DNA of 64,000 nucleotides from Actinomycetota bacterium (GTDB lineage Bacteria; Actinomycetota; UBA4738; HRBIN12). The stretch's first letter is position 1, and the number at the start of each line of letters is the position of its first letter. Where the stretch lies: positions 96,150 to 160,149 of the forward strand of contig JBBEAY010000017.1 of the NCBI GenBank assembly GCA_040882605.1, given 5' to 3'. Positions 19,355 to 28,732 of the stretch are shown one piece after another. The notes beneath the pieces were generated by a model that saw only the letters and a list, made by a program, of their open reading frames with translations, searched no databases and was not told the origin of the DNA. Position numbers and translations under genes: made by a program.

Positions 19355-20268
19355 CCGGGTTCGGCGATCGCTGTTCGCGCCGGAGCGAAGCAGCCGACGA
19401 ACCGCTCGCTGGCACGGCTTCCACGATCAGGCGATGGTTGCTGCTCGAGCATGCGGGCCCGTGGGGGCGCGACGGTCTCCTCGACGCGCGACTGCCCGAT
19501 GGGCTCGGTCTCGCCCTGCGTGACCTCGGGCGGCGTAGTCGCAGCCGCGTGCTCCTGATCCGCCGCCCGGCGCGTGCTGAGGGCAGCGGCACGGCGTGCT
19601 TCGCCATCGACACGGCCGAGGCTTGGATCGGTGCCCGAACGCTCGAGCGCCTCGACGATGTCGTTCAGCTCGACCCGGGCGATCGTTCGGCGTTCCCGCA
19701 CGCGGTGCGTGAACCGGTGGCCGTGGTGTGCACGCACGGTCGCCGAGACGTCTGCTGCGCCGAGCGCGGTCGTCGGCTCGCCGCCGCAGCCGCCCTCGAG
19801 CACTCCACATCGGTGTGGGAGAGCACCCATGTGGGCGGCGACCGTTTCGCCGGCAACCTGGTCGCGTTCCCGCACGGACTCGTCTTCGGCCGCGTGGAGC
19901 CCGAACGCGGGGCGGAAGTCGTGGCCGCCTACGCGCAGGGGCGCATCGTGCTCGACCGGTATCGCGGTCGCACGAGCCACCCGATGCCCGCGCAGGCCGC
20001 GGACGTGGCGCTCCGCATGCGCTCGGGTCTCGACCGCATCGACGACGTGCGGCTGCTTGCGGTGGAGCGCGCCGGCGATGTTGCGACCGTGCGACTGGCG
20101 CTCCCCGCCGCTGACGCCCTCGTGAGGGTCGTGCGCAACGAGCTGTCGCCGATGCGGCTCACCTGCGCCTCCGGTTCCGAGGAGGCCGCCGCAACCTGGA
20201 CCGCCGAGTCGATCGAGCTCGACGCGCGGGAGTCACCATCTCAGCGCGGTACGTCCTCCTCGCCCTGA
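19351..20268 (+). CDS. Sucrase/ferredoxin-like (thioredoxin-like [2Fe-2S]) family protein
   Basis: 305-aa track ORF whose GTG overlaps the previous stop (GTGA). VCTHGRRDVCCAERG and THVGGDRFAGNLVAFP motifs. Confidence 0.75.
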   Translation: MTGFGDRCSRRSEAADEPLAGTASTIRRWLLLEHAGPWGRDGLLDARLPDGLGLALRDLGRRSRSRVLLIRRPARAEGSGTACFAIDTAEAWIGARTLERLDDVVQLDPGDRSAFPHAVREPVAVVCTHGRRDVCCAERGRRLAAAAALEHSTSVWESTHVGGDRFAGNLVAFPHGLVFGRVEPERGAEVVAAYAQGRIVLDRYRGRTSHPMPAQAADVALRMRSGLDRIDDVRLLAVERAGDVATVRLALPAADALVRVVRNELSPMRLTCASGSEEAAATWTAESIELDARESPSQRGTSSSP

Positions 20269-20348
20269 CCCGGCGCGGGAGTGGCCTGCTCGAGCGCGTC
20301 TGCCTCGGGGACCGGCTCGGTCGTCTCGTCGTCTTGTTGGTCGCTCAC
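20241..20348 (-). CDS. Possible 35-aa acidic micro-protein
   Basis: Below the track size cut-off. AAGGAGG + 5 nt + GTG, then VSDQQDDETTEPVPEADALEQATPAPGQGEEDVPR*. Overlaps the 3' end of the convergent gene by 28 nt. Confidence 0.35.
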   Translation of the reverse strand: MSDQQDDETTEPVPEADALEQATPAPGQGEEDVPR

Positions 20349-20446
20349 GCGTTCCTCCTTGGTCGTGGCCCGTCGGGGTCGCGGTTGCGCGCCCGATCCG
20401 CGGGGTATCCCCGCAGCATCATCCGATGAGCATAGGAGGGAATATC

Positions 20447-20842
20447 ATGCCCATGCGATCGATCATGCGCACACTCATCGCAGCCGTGCTCGTCGCTGGA
20501 ACGCTCGCGGCGTGCACCGAGAAGCAGCAACGAGAGATCGTCGACGACACCGCGGAGGTTGCCGCCCGAAACGCGGCCGCCGCAGCCGGAACGGCAGCGT
20601 TCGAGGGCGAAGGCCTCGAGGTCTCCGACGTGCTGGAGTGCACGGCGAACTCAACCGGCGGCGCCGAGAAGATCAACGTTACCTGCACCGGCACGAGCGA
20701 CGATGGACGAGAGCTTGCCCTCGAAGGCACGGTGACTGGCCGTGAGCAGGACATCAACGTCGACGCGATCCGCGGCTCCTTCGTCGGCACGGTCGACGGC
20801 GAAGAGGTTTTCGCTGAGGATTGTCTCGGCGACGCGTGCTAG
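20447..20842 (+). CDS. Lipoprotein (unknown function)
   Basis: Track ORF 20426..20842 trimmed to the ATG after AGGAGGG. MPMRSIMRTLIAAVLVAGTLAAC carries a lipobox LAAC. Confidence 0.7.
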   Translation: MPMRSIMRTLIAAVLVAGTLAACTEKQQREIVDDTAEVAARNAAAAAGTAAFEGEGLEVSDVLECTANSTGGAEKINVTCTGTSDDGRELALEGTVTGREQDINVDAIRGSFVGTVDGEEVFAEDCLGDAC

Positions 20843-20891
20843 CGGAAGGATCCTCAGTGACCTGAGTCATCGATCGCGACCTCCTTCTACG

Positions 20892-22046
20892 ATGCGACAG
20901 ATGACGACAGACGAAGAGAGAGGTCGCATCGTCGAGCTGCTGCGCGCGGCCCCCCTGATCGACGGACACAACGACCTGCTGTGGGCCTTGCGCGAGGCCA
21001 TGCAGGCCGATCCCCCGGAGACTCTCGACCCCGCCGAGCCATGCCCGACGCTGCAGACCGACTTCCCACGGCTGGAAGCAGGCGGGCTCGGCGGGCAGTT
21101 CTGGTCGGTGTACGTGCCGTCGGACCTGCCCGAGCACGAGGCCGTGACGCGAACCTTCGAGCAGGTCGAGAGGCTCTACGAGCTGACGGCTCGCCACCCC
21201 GATCGTCTCGAGCTCGCGCGAACCGCCGACGACGTCGAGCGGGTCGCCGCGAGCGGCAAGGTCGCGTCGATGGTCGGCGTCGAGGGCGGACACTGCATCG
21301 CGAGCTCGCTCGGCGTGTTGCGAGCGCTCGCCCGAGCGGGGGCGGGCTACATGACGCTCACGCACAACGACGACACGCCTTGGGCAGATTCGGCGACCGG
21401 GGAACACCCGCATGGCGGGCTCACGACGTTCGGGGAAGAGGTCGTGCGCGAGATCAACCGGCTCGGTGTGCTCGTCGACCTCAGCCACGTGTCGGACGAC
21501 ACCATGCGCCAAGCGATCGACGTGAGCGAGGCGCCGGTGCTCTTCAGCCACTCGTCGGCCCGCGCGATCGCCGACGTCAGCCGCAACGTGCCCGACGACG
21601 TGCTCGAGAGCGTCGGTCGCGCAGCGGGGGTCGTCATGGTGACGTTCGTGCCGGAGTTCCTGACATCAGAGGGCGCGTCCGTGAACCGCGAGGGGTGGGA
21701 AGTAGCTCGTCGCCTGAGGGCCGAGCATGCCGACGAGCCCGCACGGGTGTCCGCAGCCGTGGATGCGTGGTTCGACGAGCACGACGTCGCGGCGACAGTT
21801 TCAGACGTCGCCGACCATATCGACCATGTTCGCGACATCGCGGGTGTCGACGCGATCGGGGTTGGCGGCGACTTCGACGGCGTCGGCACGATGCCGGCAG
21901 GGCTTACCGACGTCGCGGGTTACCCGGCGTTGTTCGCCGAGCTTGTGGCGCGCGGCTACACCGACGACGAGCTCATGAAGATCGCAGGGCGCAATGTGCT
22001 GCGGCTCATGCGAGCTGCCGAACGCGTGGCCGCGACGTACGCTTGA
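20892..22046 (+). CDS. M19 membrane/renal-type dipeptidase
   Basis: Track ORF 20742..22046 trimmed to MRQMTTDEERG. LIDGHNDLLWAL, MTLTHNDDTPWADS, VLVDLSHVSD and FSHSSARA motifs. Confidence 0.85.
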   Translation: MRQMTTDEERGRIVELLRAAPLIDGHNDLLWALREAMQADPPETLDPAEPCPTLQTDFPRLEAGGLGGQFWSVYVPSDLPEHEAVTRTFEQVERLYELTARHPDRLELARTADDVERVAASGKVASMVGVEGGHCIASSLGVLRALARAGAGYMTLTHNDDTPWADSATGEHPHGGLTTFGEEVVREINRLGVLVDLSHVSDDTMRQAIDVSEAPVLFSHSSARAIADVSRNVPDDVLESVGRAAGVVMVTFVPEFLTSEGASVNREGWEVARRLRAEHADEPARVSAAVDAWFDEHDVAATVSDVADHIDHVRDIAGVDAIGVGGDFDGVGTMPAGLTDVAGYPALFAELVARGYTDDELMKIAGRNVLRLMRAAERVAATYA

Positions 22047-22050
22047 AGCC

Positions 22051-22503
22051 GTGGGCCCGCTGCAGGTCGATGACGTCGCGCCCGAGGTACCCGGGATCGC
22101 GTTCGGCGACGGACCGCGCGGGCTGTTCTTCTACAAGGTGACGTGTCCGACCTGTCAGATCGCCGCGCCGACGATGCAGCACTTCGAGCGAGCCTTCCCC
22201 GGCTGCGTCGTCGGTATCGGGCAGGACCCGGCGCCGAAGCTCGAGCGGTTCGCCCAGACCTACTCGATGGGCATCGCCTCGATCGAGGATGCTCCTCCTT
22301 ACGCGATCTCCGACGCCTACGTGATCGAGTCGGTGCCTACGCTGTTCCTGGTGAGCGATGACGGACGCGTGATCGAGTCGGTGGGTGCTTGGGACCGCGA
22401 CGGGTTCAATCGAGTGGCGGCCACGCTTGCCCAGCTCACCGGCGCCGAGCCGGTGCTCGTGTCGACCGCCGGTGACGGACGTCCGCCCTTCAAGCCGGGA
22501 TGA
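22051..22503 (+). CDS. Thioredoxin-fold redoxin (TlpA/AhpC-like) with CPTC motif
   Basis: Track ORF 21994..22503 trimmed to a GTG at 22051, 5 nt after the previous stop. FFYKVTCPTCQIAAP and VPTLFLVSDDGRV. Confidence 0.7.
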   Translation: MGPLQVDDVAPEVPGIAFGDGPRGLFFYKVTCPTCQIAAPTMQHFERAFPGCVVGIGQDPAPKLERFAQTYSMGIASIEDAPPYAISDAYVIESVPTLFLVSDDGRVIESVGAWDRDGFNRVAATLAQLTGAEPVLVSTAGDGRPPFKPG

Positions 22504-22546
22504 GGCTCCCGCAATATGCGTTCGGTCTGAGCGCCCGAGGCGAACG

Positions 22547-22924
22547 ATGAGATCGACCGGGCGGTACGTGCTCGCAGCCGCGCTCGTGTTCGCCGGCATC
22601 GCACACTTCGCGGAGCTCGACTCGTTCCTGCTGCTAGTGCCTTCGTGGGTGCCATGGCCTGCGGGGGTGGTGCGGGTCACCGGCGTGATGGAGGTGGCGT
22701 TCGGGGTGGCGCTCGTTGTCACGCCCGGGGGAGACCTGCGCCGAACGGCCGGGTGGGCGCTCGCCGGCTTCCTGGTGGTGGTCTTCGTGGGCAACGTGTC
22801 GCAGGCGGTCTCAGGCACCGACGCGTTCGGGCTCGACACCGACACGGAGCGCTGGGGGCGGCTCGCTTTCCAGCCGCTGTTGATCGCCTGGGCGCTCTGG
22901 TCGACCGACGCCTGGCCTGCTTGA
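22547..22924 (+). CDS. DoxX-like small integral membrane protein
   Basis: Track ORF 22385..22924 trimmed to MRSTGRYVLAAALVFAGIAHF. Four predicted TM helices. Confidence 0.6.
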   Translation: MRSTGRYVLAAALVFAGIAHFAELDSFLLLVPSWVPWPAGVVRVTGVMEVAFGVALVVTPGGDLRRTAGWALAGFLVVVFVGNVSQAVSGTDAFGLDTDTERWGRLAFQPLLIAWALWSTDAWPA

Positions 22925-23131
22925 CCGATGCCGCATCAGCAGTCGACGACGCTGCGCAGAGCTTCGCAGACCTCGTGGCGACGGGCGGGGCCTAATGCTT
23001 CGGCCCCACCGAGTCACGGCGACCTGGGCTGGGATACCCATACTCTGGTCCTCCGGCTTCCATCGAAGCGGAGGCTGCACACGTGCGGTGATACTCGTCA
23101 CGCTCGGCGCCGGGTCTAGACTTGGCCCGCG

Positions 23132-24004
23132 ATGTCCGAGCCCCGTCGACGAGCGAACCTGGCGCCAGCCGTAGGAGGTGCCGGCCCGATCATGTTGATC
23201 GGGGGCGCCGAGGACAAGCTGCGCGGCCGGCAGATCCTGAAGCGGTTCGTGCGCTTCGCGGGGGGCAAGGAGGCCCGCGTCGCCGTTATCGCGACCGCGT
23301 CGGAGATCAGTGAGCAGGCGCTCCAGCTCTACGAGGCGCTGTTCCTCGAGCTCGGCGTCGCGAGCGTCACCGGACTGCGCCCGCGAGAACGATCGGAAGC
23401 AGACCGCCCCGATGCCGCCGCCGAGCTGAGCGACGCGACTGGCGCTTTCCTCACAGGAGGCAACCAGCTGCGGCTTACGTCGATCGTGGCAGGCACGCGG
23501 CTGCACCAGGGCCTGCATCTCGCGCAGGACCGAGGGGCCGTCATCGCCGGCACGTCGGCGGGGGCGAGCGCGCTCGCCTCGCACATGATGGCGTTCGGAC
23601 AAACCGGCGCCTCGCCGCGTCACGGCAACGTGCAGACCGCCGCGGGACTCGGCTTCGTCGAAGGCACGATCGTCGACCAGCACTTCGAACAGCGCACGCG
23701 GCTCGGGCGCCTACTGAGTTCCGTCGCTCAGTCGCCGTCATTGATCGGCCTCGGCCTCGACGAGGACACCTGCGCGATCGTGCACCCGGACCGCTCGATG
23801 GAGGTGATCGGCCGCGGCTCCGTCACCATCGTCGACGGGTCGCACATGGAAACCGATGCCTACCGGCTTCGGGGACGCCGCCCCATGATGGTCTCCGGCG
23901 CGCAGCTGCACTCGATCCCATCGGGATACCGGTTCGATCTGCGGGCACGGGCACTGATCCATCCGGAAGGTTCCCGCACCGAGGAGCGCGAGGCCTCGGA
24001 GTGA
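23132..24004 (+). CDS. cphB: Cyanophycinase (S51 peptidase), no signal peptide
   Basis: 290-aa track ORF. IMLIGGAEDK, FLTGGNQLRL, IAGTSAGASA (nucleophile Ser), IVDQHFEQRTRLGRL. Confidence 0.85.
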   Translation: MSEPRRRANLAPAVGGAGPIMLIGGAEDKLRGRQILKRFVRFAGGKEARVAVIATASEISEQALQLYEALFLELGVASVTGLRPRERSEADRPDAAAELSDATGAFLTGGNQLRLTSIVAGTRLHQGLHLAQDRGAVIAGTSAGASALASHMMAFGQTGASPRHGNVQTAAGLGFVEGTIVDQHFEQRTRLGRLLSSVAQSPSLIGLGLDEDTCAIVHPDRSMEVIGRGSVTIVDGSHMETDAYRLRGRRPMMVSGAQLHSIPSGYRFDLRARALIHPEGSRTEEREASE

Positions 24005-26838
24005 CGACCAGCCAAAGGGCCGGCAAGAAGCCCGCGAAGCCAGAACCTTCTAGCAAGGATCCCGCGAAGCGCAGGAAAGCCTCTCCGAAGGCCCTGCCGT
24101 CTTCCCAGGCCCCGCCCGCCCGGCCCGACCTGCGCATCGTGCAGACGCAGGTCTTCCGCGGGCCCAACTACTTCTCGTACGACCCGGCGATCAGGCTCGT
24201 GGTCGACCTCGGCTCCCTCGAGCAGTGGCCATCGAACACGATCGAGGGCTTCAACGACACGCTGCTCGAGCTGCTGCCGGGTGTCGGTGAGCATTCCTGC
24301 TCACGCGGGCATGTCGGCGGGTTCCGTGAGCGGCTCGAGGAAGGCACGTGGGCCGGCCACGTGGCCGAGCACATCGCGATCGAGCTGCAGCGCGAGTCGG
24401 GCGCGCAGGTCTACCGCGGCAAGACACGCAGCACCGGGCGACCCGGCGAGTACAACGTGACGTACGGGTACTGGGAAGAGCAGGTCGGCCTCGCCGCCGG
24501 CGGTCTCGCGGTGCGGCTCGTCAACCACCTCGTGAAGCGAGAGCGAGGTTTCGAGTTCCCGCTCGAGCTCGAACGCCTGATCTTGCTCGCCGAGCGGCGC
24601 GCCTTCGGTCCCTCGACCCAGGCACTCGTCGACGAGGCCGAGACCCGAGACATCCCGGTCATCCGCCTCAACGACCAGAGCTTCGTGCAGCTCGGCCAAG
24701 GCAAGTATCAGCAGCGCATCAGGGCCACGATGACCTCGCTCACCTCGGCGCTCGCGGTCGACGTCGCGGGCGACAAGCAGCTCACCCGGCAGCTGCTCGA
24801 GTCGGCCGGGCTTCCGGTGCCCATGGGAAGCGTGGTGCGCGCTGCCGACGACGCCGCCTTGGCCGCCAAGCGCATCGGATTCCCCGTGGTGGTGAAACCG
24901 CTCGACGGCAACCATGGCCGCGGCGTCGCCCTCGACCTCACGACCGTGCGTGCGGTGCGCGGCGCCTTCGGGCGCGCGTTGAAGCAGAGCCGCGGGGGAC
25001 GGGTCGTGGTCGAGGGCATGGTGAGCGGGCGCGACTACCGGCTGCTCGTGATCGGCGGGACCATGGTGGCGGTGGCTGAGCGCGTGCCCGCCCACATCGT
25101 CGGCGACGGCACGCTCACGGTGCGCCAACTCGTCGACATCGCGAACGCCGATCCGCGGCGCGGCATCGGCCACGAGAAGGTGCTTACGCGCATCCGCATC
25201 GACGAGGTCGCAGAGGTGCTCGTGCGCTCGCAGGGCCTCACCCTCGACGACGTGCCAGAGCCCGATGTCATGGTGCTGCTCGCGGCGACCGGCAACATGT
25301 CGACCGGCGGGAGCTCGATCGACCGCACGTGGGAAGCCCATGAGGACAACGTCGACATCGCCGAGGAAGCCGCGCGCGTCGTCGGCCTCGACGTGGCCGG
25401 CATCGACTTCATCGCGCCCGACATCACGGTGCCCGTTCGTGAGACGGGTGGCGCGATCGTCGAGGTGAACGCGGCGCCCGGCTTCCGCATGCACACCCAC
25501 CCCACCGAGGGTGAGCCTCAGTACGTGGCGCGGCCGGTGATCGACATGCTCTTCCCCGCGGGATCGCCCTCGCGCATCCCGATCGTGGCGGTGACCGGCT
25601 CGAACGGCAAGACGACGACGGTACGCATGATCGCGCACGTCATGAAGAACATGGGCCGCAAGGTCGGGCTCACCTCGACCGACGGCATCTACATCGACGG
25701 ACGGCTCACGAAGCGCGTCGACGCCAGCGGTCCGCGCTCAGCGCTGACCGTGTTGCAGAACCCCCGCGTCGACTTCGCGGTGTTCGAGGTGGCGCGCGGC
25801 GGTATCTTGCGCGAGGGTCTCGGGTACGGACGCAACGACGTCGCGGTCGTGCTCAACGTGACGGGTGACCACCTCGGCCTGCGCGACATCGACACGATCG
25901 AACAGCTCGCCGCGGTCAAGCGTGTGATCGTCGAGGCGGTGCCGCGCGATGGCTACGCCGTGCTCAACGCCGACGACGACCTCGTGCTCGAGATGCGCAA
26001 GCACTGCCCCGGCAACGTGATCCTGTTCACCATGCACGAGGACCACGAGCTGATCGAGCGCTGGGTGCGCCGGGGGCGCAAGGCCGTAGTGCTCATGCGC
26101 GATCAGAAGGGCGAGCAGATCGTGCTGCGTGATGGCCACCGCTCGATGCCGGTCGGTTACACGCACCAGTTCCCGGCGACATTCGACGGCCGCGCGCGCA
26201 TGAACGTGCAGAACCTCCTCGCAGCCGTCGCGGCGACGCACGTTTCGGGCGCGCATCTGCACGACATCCGTCATGGCCTTCGCACCTTCACGACCGACTT
26301 CTTCCAGGCGCCGGGGCGCCTCAACCTCGTCGACCTCAAGGGCGTCACCGTGCTGCTCGACTACGCGCACAACGCCGCAGGTCTGCAGACGGTGGGTGAC
26401 TTCGTCGAGCGCATGACGGCGAGCTCTCCGGTCGAGCACCCCGGCGCGCCGTCGTGGTCGGCGAACCTGCGCGTCGCGGTGGTGGCCACGGCGGGCGATC
26501 GCCGCGACGAGGACATGCGTGAGCTGGGCCGGGTCGCCGCCCGCTACTTCGACGAGGTGATCGTTCGCGAGGATGTGCACACGCGCGGACGTGAGCGCGG
26601 TGCGACCGGGTCGCTCGTGATGGAAGGTCTCGACGAGGCACGCGCGCAGGGAGCCAGGGTCGGCCACGCTGAGATCGTCACCGACGAGCTGGAAGCCTGC
26701 CGCTCCGCGCTCGACCGCAGCCGCCCCGGCGACCTGGTCGTGCTCTGCGTCGACGAGGCCGCCGAGGTCTGGGACGAGCTCGAGGCCCGCCGATCGGCGG
26801 CACGTCCGCTCGCGCTCGAGCAACCCAGCGGCCGCTGA
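24001..26838 (+). CDS. cphA: Cyanophycin synthetase (N + ATP-grasp G + Mur-ligase-like M domains)
   Basis: 945-aa track ORF whose GTG overlaps the cphB stop. VFRGPNYFSYDPAIRLVVDLG (N domain), central ATP-grasp (GFPVVVKPLDGNHGRGV), VTGSNGKTTTVRMIAHV (M domain). The Lys/Pro-rich first ~45 aa may not be translated (alternative GTG near 24136). Confidence 0.9.
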   Translation: MTTSQRAGKKPAKPEPSSKDPAKRRKASPKALPSSQAPPARPDLRIVQTQVFRGPNYFSYDPAIRLVVDLGSLEQWPSNTIEGFNDTLLELLPGVGEHSCSRGHVGGFRERLEEGTWAGHVAEHIAIELQRESGAQVYRGKTRSTGRPGEYNVTYGYWEEQVGLAAGGLAVRLVNHLVKRERGFEFPLELERLILLAERRAFGPSTQALVDEAETRDIPVIRLNDQSFVQLGQGKYQQRIRATMTSLTSALAVDVAGDKQLTRQLLESAGLPVPMGSVVRAADDAALAAKRIGFPVVVKPLDGNHGRGVALDLTTVRAVRGAFGRALKQSRGGRVVVEGMVSGRDYRLLVIGGTMVAVAERVPAHIVGDGTLTVRQLVDIANADPRRGIGHEKVLTRIRIDEVAEVLVRSQGLTLDDVPEPDVMVLLAATGNMSTGGSSIDRTWEAHEDNVDIAEEAARVVGLDVAGIDFIAPDITVPVRETGGAIVEVNAAPGFRMHTHPTEGEPQYVARPVIDMLFPAGSPSRIPIVAVTGSNGKTTTVRMIAHVMKNMGRKVGLTSTDGIYIDGRLTKRVDASGPRSALTVLQNPRVDFAVFEVARGGILREGLGYGRNDVAVVLNVTGDHLGLRDIDTIEQLAAVKRVIVEAVPRDGYAVLNADDDLVLEMRKHCPGNVILFTMHEDHELIERWVRRGRKAVVLMRDQKGEQIVLRDGHRSMPVGYTHQFPATFDGRARMNVQNLLAAVAATHVSGAHLHDIRHGLRTFTTDFFQAPGRLNLVDLKGVTVLLDYAHNAAGLQTVGDFVERMTASSPVEHPGAPSWSANLRVAVVATAGDRRDEDMRELGRVAARYFDEVIVREDVHTRGRERGATGSLVMEGLDEARAQGARVGHAEIVTDELEACRSALDRSRPGDLVVLCVDEAAEVWDELEARRSAARPLALEQPSGR

Positions 26839-26854
26839 GACCACGGCAGAGGGG

Positions 26855-28585
26855 TCAAGTGCGCCGCCGGGCGCGGCCAGGTTCCGACCGCCGGGCTCGG
26901 CGGACGAGCGCCCGCACCATCGCCGGATCGGCCCGTCGCGCACCCAGCTCGTGATCGAGCCACTCGAACATCTCCGGGCGTTGCGCGAGCGCGGTGATCG
27001 CCAGCACGTCGCGCGGGCCTGAGCGTTCCAGCATGAAGCGAAGCGCAGACACCTCGTCGCCCATCGCCGCCACGTCGGTGGCGCCGCCGTCGATCGCGCC
27101 CGCGCGGAGCCGGCCCACGAGGTCCTCGGGGTCGCGCCCGCGCAGGTAGCGATGCAGCTCGGCGACGATCACGTGATCGGCGCCGCGCGCAGCACGGTAG
27201 CCGAGCCCGTGCAACAGCTCGTCGTCTCGGTCGCCCGCGGTGCCGAACGCGAGCCACGTCTCGGCGGTCGGAGTGCACAGACCTCTGGCGATCTCGGTCA
27301 GCCCGTCGATGCCGGCCTCGTTGTGTGCGTAGTCGAGCACCACGACGCGCTCGCCGAGCACGTAGACGTTCGCGCGGCCCGGGTTCGCATCGGCATCGGG
27401 CATGAAGGAACGCAACCCCTTCACGATCGCCTTCCGCGCAAGCCCGATCGCGAGCGCCGCGGCAGTTGCAGACATCGCGTTGTGAACGTGTTGGGATGCG
27501 ATCCCCGCGAGCGTCATCGGTACCTGCTCCAGATCGATTAGCTTCCGCGAGCTTCCACGCCCGAGCTCGGCAAGGCTCCGATCGAGCACGGTGAGGGCCC
27601 TGCCTCCGTCGGCGAGCGCTTCCCGCAATGCGGGGTGCCGAGCGTCGAGCGAGCACATGAATGGGCTACCTCCCGCGCGCCGATTCATCGCGAGCACCCG
27701 CGGGTCGTCGGCGTTCAGCACGTGCCAACCATCGGCCCTCGTGATCGTCGTGATCGCGGCCTTGACCTCGGCGAGCTGGTCGAGCGTGTCGACGCCGTGC
27801 AGTCCCAGGTGGTCGGCCGAGACGTTCGTCACGACCGAGACATCGTTGTGGGTCGTGCCGATGCCGCGCAGCAGGATGCCGCCGCGAGCCGTCTCGAGGA
27901 TCGCGACGTCGACGCCCGGCTGCGCGAGCGCCATCTGCGCTCCGGCGAAGCCTGAGTAGTCGCCGGCCTCGACCAACACCCCGTCGTGGAAGACGCCGTC
28001 GGTCGAGGAGTAGGCGACGCTGCGGCCTGCGGTGCGCACGATATGGGCGAGCAGTCGCACGGTCGTGGTCTTGCCGTTCGTGCCGGTGACGGCGATCACG
28101 CGGATCGTGGGGTCGGTCACGGTCGGCCCCGGCCCCGGGTCGGTGGCCTCGATGCGCTTGGCCGCCTCTGAGGCCAGGCTCGCGAGCGACCGCCGGGTGC
28201 CCAGCAGATCGCGCATCACGGCGGCGACCTGACCAGCGAGCGCCTCGGCCGCGTCGCGTCGCCGCCACGGGAACGCGACCACGATCGCGTCGTCGCCGGG
28301 CCCGGTGCGCGCCCTCGCCGCCAGTCGCACGTGTGCTGCTCGGGCAACCGTGCGTGTCACGTGGGTGGCAACGCGAGCCGTGAACCGCCGCCGCTGCTCG
28401 CTCGCTCGCTCGCCCGGCCGAGGCCTGCCGGGCAGGGCGATGTCGGCCGCCATGCGCTCGAGGCGTGGCTCGGTCGCACGCAGCCACCCGGGCACGGCGA
28501 GCGTGAGCTTCACCGCGGGCCGCGGGAAGTACAGGTTCGGCCCATCGAGCACTCGGAGCTCTACGATCTCGACGAGGTCAGGCAT
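26855..28585 (-). CDS. CphA-derived protein with N domain fused directly to the Mur-ligase-like M domain; no ATP-grasp domain
   Basis: Track ORF 26855..28705 trimmed to MPDLVEIVELRVLDGPNLYFPRPAVKL (CphA N-domain start). The P-loop VTGTNGKTTTVRLLAHIV already sits at residue ~165. ILETARGGILLRG, NVSADHLG and VLNADDP follow the CphA M-domain order. Confidence 0.8.
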   Translation of the reverse strand: MPDLVEIVELRVLDGPNLYFPRPAVKLTLAVPGWLRATEPRLERMAADIALPGRPRPGERASEQRRRFTARVATHVTRTVARAAHVRLAARARTGPGDDAIVVAFPWRRRDAAEALAGQVAAVMRDLLGTRRSLASLASEAAKRIEATDPGPGPTVTDPTIRVIAVTGTNGKTTTVRLLAHIVRTAGRSVAYSSTDGVFHDGVLVEAGDYSGFAGAQMALAQPGVDVAILETARGGILLRGIGTTHNDVSVVTNVSADHLGLHGVDTLDQLAEVKAAITTITRADGWHVLNADDPRVLAMNRRAGGSPFMCSLDARHPALREALADGGRALTVLDRSLAELGRGSSRKLIDLEQVPMTLAGIASQHVHNAMSATAAALAIGLARKAIVKGLRSFMPDADANPGRANVYVLGERVVVLDYAHNEAGIDGLTEIARGLCTPTAETWLAFGTAGDRDDELLHGLGYRAARGADHVIVAELHRYLRGRDPEDLVGRLRAGAIDGGATDVAAMGDEVSALRFMLERSGPRDVLAITALAQRPEMFEWLDHELGARRADPAMVRALVRRARRSEPGRARRRT

Positions 28586-28732
28586 GACCGGGCCAGCGTA
28601 GCGGCGAGGCGGCCCGACCCGCTGCGCCGCGCGATCGAAACGATCCACAACACCGGATGAGGACACGGGCGGCCTGTGTGGCATGGTAAAAAGGACACTC
28701 GGCACTCAAGGGCGACAGCGGAAGGAGCGATC

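Noticed and set aside
22990-23012. GGGGCC-taatgcttc-GGCCCC hairpin after the DoxX-like gene as a terminator.
   Set aside because: Only a 6-bp stem with a 9-nt loop and no U-tract. Too weak to list as a feature.
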